From a virus (lineage: Duplodnaviria > Caudoviricetes), in the IMG/VR virus record IMGVR_UViG_3300035158_000865, positions 1-52,778 of that record: 52,778 nt of DNA; one strand, given 5' to 3'. A program made the translations under genes and the position numbers. Positions 45,696-52,742 of the stretch are shown here, piece by piece. The notes beneath the pieces are model-generated. The model saw nothing but the letters and a program-made list of their open reading frames with translations, had not been told where the DNA came from and made no database searches. Each line of letters opens with the position of its first letter. Positions within the stretch are counted from its first letter, which is position 1.

Positions 45696-46162
45696 TTAGA
45701 TATATCCACCATTAGAGCTTTTGGAATTACTCCTTTTATAAAAGCAACATCTAATCTAGTATTACCAGCCATTATCCACATATCTCTACTTCCTTTTAGT
45801 ATAATAGGGTAAGGAATTTTCTCATTATTCTCTATTCCTCTTTCTATCCTTTTAACATCTCTAGGTCTTTTATAATTAGATACTAAATCTTCCAATTCTT
45901 CTATAGAAGAAGTTCTACTTCTATTATTTATCTTTCTATCTAGAGAATCGGTAATAGTAACTACTCTAGCACCCTTCAGAGAATTTTTGAAATGCTTATA
46001 GTTTTCAAATATAGGAAATCTCGCTCCTATTATATCTACCCTTCTCAACCATTTAGTATTTTCCTTCTTTTCATATTCTCTAAAATCTTCTTTCATAGTT
46101 GATTCTGAAGGAAAAGACCAACTATTATATATATCCTCATTTAGAAATTTATTTAATTTCAT
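45692..46162 (-). CDS. ParB/Srx N-terminal-domain protein with CTS-like leader
   Basis: PIIL......IMAGNTRL; MKLNKFLNE. Confidence 0.7.
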   Translation of the reverse strand: MKLNKFLNEDIYNSWSFPSESTMKEDFREYEKKENTKWLRRVDIIGARFPIFENYKHFKNSLKGARVVTITDSLDRKINNRSRTSSIEELEDLVSNYKRPRDVKRIERGIENNEKIPYPIILKGSRDMWIMAGNTRLDVAFIKGVIPKALMVDISK

Positions 46163-46746
46163 TAGTATACAAACTTCTTTACTAGCTTATAATTAATATT
46201 AAAAGTACTCATAAGTATCTCAATCTCTTTAAGACATTCGTTTCTACCACCACCGACTAGGTAAGAACCTTTCCATTTTCTTAACTTGTCAACTCTTATT
46301 GTTGGTGGTAAGAATATTGGATCATTTCTGAACTCATTTCTCCACATATCAGGAAATTTCTCTTCCCATTCTTCTTCTGGTATATCTCTAGAATCATAAA
46401 CTCTTTTTTCTAACATGAACCTAAGAGCTCTTTTTATATCTCTTTCATCAGCACCCATATCCATCCAGGCTCGAAAGAAACCATATCCTTTATCTACCCA
46501 AGTGAAATCTGGAAACCTCTCAGGCTCAAGACCATTATCTAGGTAAAATTCTAATATTTCCTCTTTACTATCTGATCCTACAGTATCAGGACCATTGAAG
46601 AAACAAAGTATCTTTTTGTTTTCGTTGAGAAATTCTGTAAATAAACCTAAGTTAAACGAAATATATTTTCTATATAATGGTTGAACATCAACCACTATAA
46701 CATTTTTCTTTGTTTCTTCATTTATTAAATACTTCTTTAGTTTCAT
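46162..46746 (-). CDS. Isochorismatase/nicotinamidase-like cysteine hydrolase with CTS-like leader
   Basis: VIVVDVQP, DKGYG, LVGGG.NECL; MKLKKYLINE. Confidence 0.7.
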   Translation of the reverse strand: MKLKKYLINEETKKNVIVVDVQPLYRKYISFNLGLFTEFLNENKKILCFFNGPDTVGSDSKEEILEFYLDNGLEPERFPDFTWVDKGYGFFRAWMDMGADERDIKRALRFMLEKRVYDSRDIPEEEWEEKFPDMWRNEFRNDPIFLPPTIRVDKLRKWKGSYLVGGGRNECLKEIEILMSTFNINYKLVKKFVY

Positions 46747-47077
46747 CTACCCCACCATATAGGTCTTTATATGTATCTCTTAATTTCCAATCATAATATT
46801 GCCATCTCTTCATAGGTATTATTATTTCACTACCATCTGTTGTTTTAATAAATATCCATCTTATATCGTAATTTATTATGATTCCCTCTTCACTTTTTAT
46901 TTTTACCTTAACTCCGATGCTGAGTCTCTTATTCATTAAAAATAATACATAAGATGTAATGCTTTCTAATATATTTTTCAATAACAAGAATATAACAAAT
47001 GCTATAGCAAGTTTAAAAAGCATTACCCATAGAATTGGCTGCATACCATTTATTATTTGTAATATTTGAGTTTCCAT
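46718..47077 (-). CDS. MscS-like membrane protein (TM plus beta domain)
   Basis: TM helices followed by IGVKVKI..EEG.I......I.T.DG..IIIP. Confidence 0.7.
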   Translation of the reverse strand: METQILQIINGMQPILWVMLFKLAIAFVIFLLLKNILESITSYVLFLMNKRLSIGVKVKIKSEEGIIINYDIRWIFIKTTDGSEIIIPMKRWQYYDWKLRDTYKDLYGGVDETKEVFNK

Positions 47078-47083
47078 ATATTA

Positions 47084-47707
47084 TTATAGATTCTTTAGAG
47101 CCTTATTTAGAGTTTTACCTAACATATTACCTTTTTCTTTTAGTTCTGGATGCCTCTTATCTACTGTTCGTGCTGCTGCATAACCAAGGTATGCTGTTGA
47201 AAATGTACCAAACAACCAACCACCTATCCATTCTACCATACCAATTATTGATGTTACTAATGCTGCTTGGACCCCACCAACAGACATAGCCACCAAGCAT
47301 AATGGGGCAAAGAATACATAAGCAGCACAAATAGTGAAAAGTCTCCTAAGTATCATTGGTCTTGTTCTTTTTACAAATTGATCATCTGATTTGTAGGCTT
47401 CGATTTCAAGATCCCTAACACCTTCCATATCATCGTAATCAAGTTTCTTCTCTTTATAGTCTAGTTCTCTCTCTTCTAGAGCTATTTCAGCCATTCTCTC
47501 TTTATGTTCATACATTAATTCTTTTAACTTAGTCATTTGTTCCGGACTTACTTTACCCATAGATATATCATTCATTATATCATCTCTAAGCTTAGCAGCA
47601 TCCTTCACAACTTCTGGTGTTTCTTTTCCGAATAAACTAGCTACTGATGACCATATTTCAGGTATCTTAGGTATTAAAGATAATCCTGCTGCAACTAAAG
47701 GTGCCAT
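47084..47707 (-). CDS. Holin (3TM-type)
   Basis: D.FVKRTRP followed by TM helices and YLGYAAARTVDK; next to the endolysin. Confidence 0.75.
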   Translation of the reverse strand: MAPLVAAGLSLIPKIPEIWSSVASLFGKETPEVVKDAAKLRDDIMNDISMGKVSPEQMTKLKELMYEHKERMAEIALEERELDYKEKKLDYDDMEGVRDLEIEAYKSDDQFVKRTRPMILRRLFTICAAYVFFAPLCLVAMSVGGVQAALVTSIIGMVEWIGGWLFGTFSTAYLGYAAARTVDKRHPELKEKGNMLGKTLNKALKNL

Positions 47708-47726
47708 ATTTCAATCCTCCTTTTAT

Positions 47727-48311
47727 CTATCTACTAAAATTCACTCTTTTAAACCAACCTCTAACAAATTTTTCTTGATCAGGTGATTTAGTCATGAGTT
47801 GTATATAATGATAACCTTGTAAAGTATTCATTATTTTTACAAGTAAATCTGAGTTATCTGTTTCTAAATATATTTTTATAGCTCTTAGTGTCTTAGGACC
47901 AAATATTCCATCTTCTGCAATATCAGCATATAAGGTACCATTTCTATTTAGTTTATTTAAAGTTATTTGTAAAAACTCCACAGCTCTAGCTACACCCATA
48001 TTAACTGATATATCAAATAGTTCTAAAGCTATAAAATAATCAGTTACATCATCTCCCCAAAATCTATTCCAGTAATGATCTTTATAAAAACTCTTAACAG
48101 ATTCTTCTAATACATCACTACTTTTTAATAATTGATAGAAGTTTTCATCATTTTTGAGTTCATCAATTATTAACCAACCATTCCAATTAGGATGATGTTT
48201 TCTAGAAATACCTCTATAAGTTTCACCACCCCTATCAACTGGATCATTTGAGTAATATCCTTCATGATTCATAACTAAATTGAATACATTATCAAAAATA
48301 TTATCTGGCAT
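47727..48311 (-). CDS. Endolysin, glycoside hydrolase family 108
   Basis: HEGYYSNDPVDRGGETYRGI; FD.SVNMG; DGIFGPKT; F..GW..R. Confidence 0.93.
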   Translation of the reverse strand: MPDNIFDNVFNLVMNHEGYYSNDPVDRGGETYRGISRKHHPNWNGWLIIDELKNDENFYQLLKSSDVLEESVKSFYKDHYWNRFWGDDVTDYFIALELFDISVNMGVARAVEFLQITLNKLNRNGTLYADIAEDGIFGPKTLRAIKIYLETDNSDLLVKIMNTLQGYHYIQLMTKSPDQEKFVRGWFKRVNFSR

Positions 48312-48358
48312 AGTTTTTACCTCCTACATTTTTATTCTACAAATTATCATTTTTTATG

Positions 48359-48386
48359 TTTACATCCTCGGAATATATGTTATAAT
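48359..48386 (+). promoter_or_regulatory. Sigma70-type promoter TTTACA-N16-TATAAT with extended -10 TG
   Basis: Same -35 as the promoter at 38829; no credible plus-strand ORF follows. Confidence 0.55.
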
Positions 48387-48474
48387 ATTCCTATGTCCGC
48401 GAGCGGAGAGAGAAAGGTTCCGGATTATGATACATGGAAATTTACTAACTCCAAATTCCAAAAATACTCATTAT

Positions 48475-48482
48475 TATTTATA
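48475..48482 (-). promoter_or_regulatory. Late promoter TATAAATA for the lysis/internal-protein operon
   Basis: Exact consensus downstream of a terminator. Confidence 0.6.
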
Positions 48483-48508
48483 TAAAAGTTATTATAAAAT
48501 AGAAGCAC

Positions 48509-48543
48509 AAAAAACCTCCTAATTTATTGGTTAGGAGGTTTTT
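48509..48543. terminator. Bidirectional rho-independent terminator
   Basis: AAAAACCTCCTAA/TTAGGAGGTTTTT. Confidence 0.85.
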
Positions 48544-48549
48544 ATATTT

Positions 48550-48822
48550 CTAATCAAATTGTTTGAATAAAAGCCTTTTGCGGTACTCCTTTTTGATATG
48601 TTCTTGTATTGTATTAAGTACAGATTCCCTCAATTCACTTTCTAATAAATCAAAATCAATATAAACATTCCTATCATTTGGTTTTGATTGTTCCACTACT
48701 CTTATTTTTCTTGCTAGGTCATATACCTCGGAACTATTAAGTAAAGCATCTATTTCCACATTTACTTTATTTTTATCAGCTACTATGTTATAACCATTTT
48801 TCTTTATGAACAATTTAGGCAT
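48550..48822 (-). CDS. Hypothetical protein
   Basis: AAGGA SD. Confidence 0.6.
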   Translation of the reverse strand: MPKLFIKKNGYNIVADKNKVNVEIDALLNSSEVYDLARKIRVVEQSKPNDRNVYIDFDLLESELRESVLNTIQEHIKKEYRKRLLFKQFD

Positions 48823-48837
48823 TTTGTTATATCCTTT

Positions 48838-49041
48838 CTATACAAGTTTTGTTCCGATTGTATTTCTTATAAGTTTCTTAAACTCTTCCCAATCTTCATC
48901 CTTTACGATTTTCTCCATCTTTTTAATTTCTGCTCTTGATGCTTTTTTGTAGAATTCTACCATTTCTTGAAAACCAATATTATGAGGATAAGCAGATTCA
49001 TTTTTACTCAGGTGTTCTAAGATATGTTTTTCAAATTTCAT
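48838..49041 (-). CDS. Putative internal head protein
   Basis: MKFEKHILE...NE; NIGFQEMVEFY. Confidence 0.6.
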   Translation of the reverse strand: MKFEKHILEHLSKNESAYPHNIGFQEMVEFYKKASRAEIKKMEKIVKDEDWEEFKKLIRNTIGTKLV

Positions 49042-49053
49042 ATTGTCTCCTTA

Positions 49054-49128
49054 TGGAACCCCCGCCGGGATTCGAACCCGGATACCTCAGCTTAGAAGGC
49101 TGATGCTAGTCCATTTAGCTACGAGGGC
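49054..49128 (-). tRNA. tRNA-Arg(UCU)
   Basis: TCAGC-CTTCTAA-GCTGA; TTCGAAT T-loop; encoded CCA. Confidence 0.95.
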
Positions 49129-49132
49129 TTTA

Positions 49133-49211
49133 TGGAACCCCTGACAGGATTCGAACCTGCATACTCACCGGTTCGTAGCCGGTGGCTCTGATTCCATTGA
49201 GCTACAGGGGT
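49133..49211 (-). tRNA. tRNA-Arg(ACG)
   Basis: ACCGG-CTACGAA-CCGGT; CCA. Confidence 0.95.
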
Positions 49212-49225
49212 ATAATTTATTTTTA

Positions 49226-49300
49226 TGGAGCGGGAGGCAGGAATTGAACACTGCACCGTATAGTTGGAAACTATACATTCTACCTTTAAAATACTCCCGC
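49226..49300 (-). tRNA. tRNA-Gly(UCC)
   Basis: TATAG-TTTCCAA-CTATA; GCG...CGC-T-CCA; imperfect T stem. Confidence 0.88.
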
Positions 49301-49304
49301 TAAA

Positions 49305-49379
49305 TGGAGCGGGTGGTGGGAATCGGACCCACAACGACCACGTTGGCAACGTGGCATTCTACCTTTGAATTACACCCGC
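49305..49379 (-). tRNA. tRNA-Gly(GCC)
   Basis: CCACG-TTGCCAA-CGTGG; T-loop TCCGATT; CCA. Confidence 0.92.
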
Positions 49380-49381
49380 TA

Positions 49382-49744
49382 TTATATCACTAGTTTATTT
49401 ATCTCATCATCAGACCATGTAAACATAAAATCATTGTTTTGATTTTCTATATCGTATATTACAAGTTTCAGAAAATACATTGGGCCATTAGACCATATTT
49501 CACATTGTTCTTGTTCTCTGGCTACTCTTCCATCTTTTAGTTGATATTCGTATAGTGGAAAGCCACCTTCATCAATTATTGTATCAATGAAATCAAATTC
49601 ATTTCTATACAATTCTTCAAATTGCTCTAAATTTATAATTCCATCAGGAAAAGTTTTTCTTTTTTCAACTTTAACTTTCTTTGTATTCTTTTTTAGAAAT
49701 TCTAGAGCTTCCTGTGGTAAGCCCATATACTGGTTCATTCTCAT
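49382..49744 (-). CDS. Hypothetical protein
   Basis: AAGGA SD; W.NGPMYFL motif. Confidence 0.65.
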   Translation of the reverse strand: MRMNQYMGLPQEALEFLKKNTKKVKVEKRKTFPDGIINLEQFEELYRNEFDFIDTIIDEGGFPLYEYQLKDGRVAREQEQCEIWSNGPMYFLKLVIYDIENQNNDFMFTWSDDEINKLVI

Positions 49745-49767
49745 ATTCTGTCCTTTCTCTTACAGTC

Positions 49768-50085
49768 TTATAGTCTTATATTTTTCTTCAAAATCAAATC
49801 TTTATCTGATAGTCTATTCAAGATTATAAATGGAAAGAAAATGAATGTAAACATTTTTCTTCTATCTTTTTTCACTCTATTTTTAAAGAATCTGTATTCT
49901 TTTAGTGAAAACATTTCTGAGGCTTCTAAGGTTCCTACTTCTACTCTTCTGTAGTAAAACAAAGGACTCTCTTTATATTCATCGAAAACGAGATGAACCA
50001 TTGCTTTACCCCATATAGAACGGTAATAAAGAGTTATGAGTTTTAATTGTATCCACTCTTTTATTTTATGTAGTTTATTTTTCAT
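49768..50085 (-). CDS. Hypothetical protein
   Basis: ORF filling the inter-tRNA gap. Confidence 0.5.
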   Translation of the reverse strand: MKNKLHKIKEWIQLKLITLYYRSIWGKAMVHLVFDEYKESPLFYYRRVEVGTLEASEMFSLKEYRFFKNRVKKDRRKMFTFIFFPFIILNRLSDKDLILKKNIRL

Positions 50086-50094
50086 TATTTTGTT

Positions 50095-50168
50095 TGGTAG
50101 GGGGTAACGGAATCGAACCGATTTCTTCTGCGTGTAAGGCAGATGTTGTACCAGTCAACTAACCCCCT
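50095..50168 (-). tRNA. tRNA-Val(UAC)
   Basis: TCTGC-CTTACAC-GCAGA; CCA. Confidence 0.93.
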
Positions 50169-50174
50169 ATTATC

Positions 50175-50248
50175 TGGTCCTCCTGAGTGGAATCGAACCA
50201 CTATCACGGCCTTATAAGGACCACGCTCTACCGTTGAGCTACAGGAGG
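50175..50248 (-). tRNA. tRNA-Ile(UAU)
   Basis: TGGTC-CTTATAA-GGCCG; CCTCCTG/CAGGAGG-A-CCA. Confidence 0.9.
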
Positions 50249-50253
50249 ATTTT

Positions 50254-50327
50254 TGGCTGGCCGGAGAGGAGTCGAACCTCTATACCATGGTTCAAAGCCA
50301 TGTGCCCTTCCATTGAGCGACCGGCCA
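50254..50327 (-). tRNA. tRNA-Gln(UUG)
   Basis: CATGG-CTTTGAA-CCATG; U1-A72, G73; CCA. Confidence 0.95.
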
Positions 50328-50744
50328 TTATTCATACTCACAATTATGTCTTAGTTTCCAATTATCTTTAAGTATTTTTCTTTGTTTCTCATTTAGAAAT
50401 TCCATGGCAAATTCGTCAGCTTCTTCTTCATCATGATATCCACATGCATGACCTATTTCATGGTATTTAGCTATTTTCCATTCATCTTCATTTAAATCAC
50501 AATCCACATTCATTACTACCATAGAGTCTTCTAAATTATCATCTTTATCATATAATGTAACTGTGAATGCCCTTTCATCTATATAATTTGTTACACCCAT
50601 TTTCTTAAATTCTTCTTGTACTTCAAAAAACGTTCCTTTATTCAAGTAAAGTAATTTTATTTCTTCTTCCCCCACAATGACTCCTTTCATCTTAACAAAA
50701 TTTTTCAGTATCTTTTTTCGTATTCTCTCTATTCCTTTTATCAT
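50328..50744 (-). CDS. HExxH zincin-like protein
   Basis: YHEIGH.....EEEADEFA; GATAAATA late-like box upstream at 50794-50801. Confidence 0.65.
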   Translation of the reverse strand: MIKGIERIRKKILKNFVKMKGVIVGEEEIKLLYLNKGTFFEVQEEFKKMGVTNYIDERAFTVTLYDKDDNLEDSMVVMNVDCDLNEDEWKIAKYHEIGHACGYHDEEEADEFAMEFLNEKQRKILKDNWKLRHNCEYE

Positions 50745-50826
50745 AAAATGCTCCTAGTGTAAACACAAGGAACAATTTTTAATTTGGTATAATTATTTAT
50801 CTTTTAGGAATAGTTTAATTTTATTA

Positions 50827-50912
50827 TGGAGGAGGGTAGACGAATCGAACGCCCAGGTTTCACCCCGCCCACGGGTTCAAACCGTGTTGCCGACCATTCA
50901 GCGGTACCCTCC
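50827..50912 (-). tRNA. tRNA-Ser(UGA), probable 8/4 structure
   Basis: CACGG-TTTGAAC-CCGTG; long variable arm; acceptor GGAGGGTA/TACCCTCC; T stem GGCG/CGTC. Confidence 0.85.
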
Positions 50913-50917
50913 TTATT

Positions 50918-50991
50918 TGGTGGAGATGGAGGGAGTCGAACCCTCATTACTGACGTGCAAGGCCAGTGTTCTCCCATTAAACTACATCCCC
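50918..50991 (-). tRNA. tRNA-Ala(UGC)
   Basis: CTTGCAC loop; G3:U70; CCA. Confidence 0.95.
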
Positions 50992-50999
50992 TTTATTTT

Positions 51000-51075
51000 T
51001 GGGGCGACCGGAGGGAATCGAACCCTCGTTGTATGGGCCACAACCATACTCTCTGACCATTGAGTTACAGTCGCC
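51000..51075 (-). tRNA. tRNA-His(GUG)
   Basis: TATGG-TTGTGGC-CCATA; encoded G-1:C73; CCA. Confidence 0.95.
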
Positions 51076-51080
51076 ATAAA

Positions 51081-51156
51081 TGGTGGGAGCCGCTGGAATC
51101 GAACCAGCATCTCCTGGGCTTCAACCAGACGCTATGACCACGTAAGCGAGACTCCC
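51081..51156 (-). tRNA. tRNA-Phe(GAA)
   Basis: TCTGG-TTGAAGC-CCAGG; CCA. Confidence 0.93.
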
Positions 51157-51164
51157 TTTGTTTA

Positions 51165-51380
51165 TTATAGATAACCTAAATCACGAAGAGTTTGTAAACC
51201 CATTTTTATTTCTTCTTCAGTAGGTTCAAAACCTTCTAATACATTTAAGCCTTCATCAGTTATCTCAAAAGCTTTACCTTCCATTATACCTTTCTCTACA
51301 AACTCATTCAAATCTTTAATGGTATAAAGAAGTATTTTACTTTCTCTAGTTATTTCATTTGTAGTTAAATCATCAAACAT
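51165..51380 (-). CDS. Hypothetical acidic protein (starts MFDDLTTNE)
   Basis: AAGGAG SD; the longer track ORF runs through a tRNA. Confidence 0.65.
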   Translation of the reverse strand: MFDDLTTNEITRESKILLYTIKDLNEFVEKGIMEGKAFEITDEGLNVLEGFEPTEEEIKMGLQTLRDLGYL

Positions 51381-51395
51381 GTTATTTCTCCTTTT

Positions 51396-51472
51396 TGGTA
51401 GGGGTGGAGGGAGTCGAACCCTCAAACTTGGAATTTTAAGTCCCAATGCTTTTCCAATTAGCATACACCCCT
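51396..51472 (-). tRNA. tRNA-Leu(UAA), short variable loop
   Basis: TGGGA-CTTAAAA-TTCCA; 5-nt V loop; A73; CCA. Confidence 0.9.
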
Positions 51473-51598
51473 TTATATAATCATATAAACCTCACCGCAT
51501 TTTTCACATACTACTATGTCAAATTCCTTATTATATGCTTTCTTTATTATATTACCACCACAATAACAAGTACCTGTTATTTCTTTTTCTTTTTTCAT
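51473..51598 (-). CDS. 41-aa Zn-ribbon-like protein not in the ORF track
   Basis: MKKEKEITGTCYCGG...VCEKCGEVYMII; AAGGAG SD. Confidence 0.65.
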   Translation of the reverse strand: MKKEKEITGTCYCGGNIIKKAYNKEFDIVVCEKCGEVYMII

Positions 51599-51609
51599 AG
51601 GTTCTCCTT

Positions 51610-51694
51610 TGGTGCTAGAGGAGGGAGTCGAACCCTCATGTCTTTTGACACATAGACCTCAACCATGCGTGTATGCCAGTTCCACCACTCTAGC
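51610..51694 (-). tRNA. tRNA-Leu(GAG)
   Basis: CATGG-TTGAGGT-CTATG; long V arm TGTC-AAAA-GACA; CCA. Confidence 0.93.
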
Positions 51695-51791
51695 TCTTAT
51701 CATCTTTGCCTTTTCCTGCTTCAAACAATTTACCTAGTATTATACCTGCTATTATTGAGACTGTAAACCAAAGTAATAAAAAATATCCCAT
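51690..51791 (-). CDS. 33-aa membrane peptide (MGYFLLLWFTVSIIAGIILGK...)
   Basis: AAGGAG SD; one TM segment; stop overlaps the tRNA-Leu 5' end. Confidence 0.55.
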   Translation of the reverse strand: MGYFLLLWFTVSIIAGIILGKLFEAGKGKDDKS

Positions 51792-51807
51792 AATGTCTCC
51801 TTTCTTT

Positions 51808-51879
51808 TGGTAGTGAGGGAGAGAATTGAACTCTCTTGTACCTGCATATGAGACAGAACACTTGACCACAAGCCTCACT
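51808..51879 (-). tRNA. tRNA(CAU), Met or Ile2, with atypical D arm
   Basis: TCTGT-CTCATAT-GCAGG; AGTGAGG/CCTCACT-A-CCA; D hairpin CTTG-TGGT-CAAG abuts the acceptor stem. Confidence 0.75.
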
Positions 51880-51889
51880 TCTTTTTGTA

Positions 51890-51964
51890 TGGATGGCGAG
51901 GTGGGGGTCGAACCCACGACAATCTGGTTAACAGCCAGACGCTCTACCACTGAGCTACTCACCA
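51890..51964 (-). tRNA. tRNA-Asn(GUU)
   Basis: TCTGG-CTGTTAA-CCAGA; U1-A72; U73; CCA. Confidence 0.93.
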
Positions 51965-51969
51965 TCAAG

Positions 51970-52047
51970 TGGTAGCGGGGGAGGGAATCGAACCCTCATC
52001 ATTCTGGGATATGAACCCAGCGTGTTGACCTCCTACACTACCCCGCA
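51970..52047 (-). tRNA. Initiator tRNA-fMet(CAU)
   Basis: CTGGG-TTCATAT-CCCAG (three G-C pairs); 1:72 mismatch (U.U); CCA. Confidence 0.9.
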
Positions 52048-52053
52048 ACATTT

Positions 52054-52131
52054 TGGTGTGGGTGAGAGGAGTCGAACCTCCAAAACCATGGGTCTAAGCC
52101 ATGTGCATATACCAAATTCTGCTACACCCAC
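52054..52131 (-). tRNA. tRNA-Leu(UAG), short variable loop
   Basis: CATGG-CTTAGAC-CCATG; 5-nt V loop; A73; CCA. Confidence 0.9.
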
Positions 52132-52143
52132 AAATATTTTTTC

Positions 52144-52218
52144 TGGAGCGGGTGGAGGGAATCGAACCCTCATAACCAGGTTGGAAGCCTGACACACTTG
52201 CCATTATGTTACACCCGC
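52144..52218 (-). tRNA. tRNA-Gly(UCC), second copy
   Basis: TCAGG-CTTCCAA-CCTGG; U73; CCA. Confidence 0.95.
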
Positions 52219-52227
52219 TTAACTTTC

Positions 52228-52464
52228 TTATCTTCTTTCTACTTCAAAATCGTAAAACTTTACTACCTGGTAATTTGATAATCTTACTTGGTATACTTTT
52301 CTATATGTTTGGTTTTTTATATAATCATATACATTAACTATCATTCCAATTTCACCTGTAATTAGAACTTTTACAAAATCACCCTCTTTTATTTCTTCTT
52401 CTTTTACATTTTTACAATTTGAACAACTATCACAACCAACTGTTAATTTTTCTTCTTCTAACAT
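52228..52464 (-). CDS. KOW/SH3-like hypothetical protein
   Basis: IKEGDFVKV..TGEIG; N-terminal Cys cluster. Confidence 0.6.
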   Translation of the reverse strand: MLEEEKLTVGCDSCSNCKNVKEEEIKEGDFVKVLITGEIGMIVNVYDYIKNQTYRKVYQVRLSNYQVVKFYDFEVERR

Positions 52465-52488
52465 GTTATTACCCTTCCTTTCTTTTTA

Positions 52489-52562
52489 TGGCGCCCCGTC
52501 CCGGTACTGACCCGAGAACTGGAGAGCGACAATCTCCTATGATACCATTTCACCAACGGGGC
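52489..52562 (-). tRNA. tRNA-Asp(GUC) with non-canonical T-loop
   Basis: GGAGA-TTGTCGC-TCTCC; T-loop GTCAGTA; G73; CCA. Confidence 0.88.
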
Positions 52563-52649
52563 TATTCATTTATTAAACTACAGACAATTTTTTCAACTAC
52601 AAAAATTGGTAGTAAAATTACTAATGCTATATAACAAATTATTTTTTTG

Positions 52650-52742
52650 ATGCTCATCGGGCACCGCCCGACGATTCTAGTTGAACCGCCTTTTCGGAAC
52701 TCTGGTTTAGGGGGACCACCAATTGCCCCACGGTCGAAGCAC
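52650..52742. ncRNA. Unidentified GC-rich structured element
   Basis: Nested complementarity (minus strand: TGCTT/GAGCA, ACCG/CGGT, GGGG/CCCC, TCGGGC/GCCCGA) in AT-rich noncoding DNA; not a cloverleaf. Confidence 0.5.

Noticed and set aside
49119-51968. Track ORFs 49119-49349, 50826-51056, 51446-51655 and the 5' extensions of 51165-51464 and 51690-51968
   Set aside because: They are translations through tRNA genes
50827-52131. Selenocysteine or suppressor tRNAs and stop-codon recoding
   Set aside because: Anticodons UGA, UAA and UAG read UCA, UUA and CUA; there is no UCA, CUA or UUA anticodon, and TAG and TGA end full-length genes
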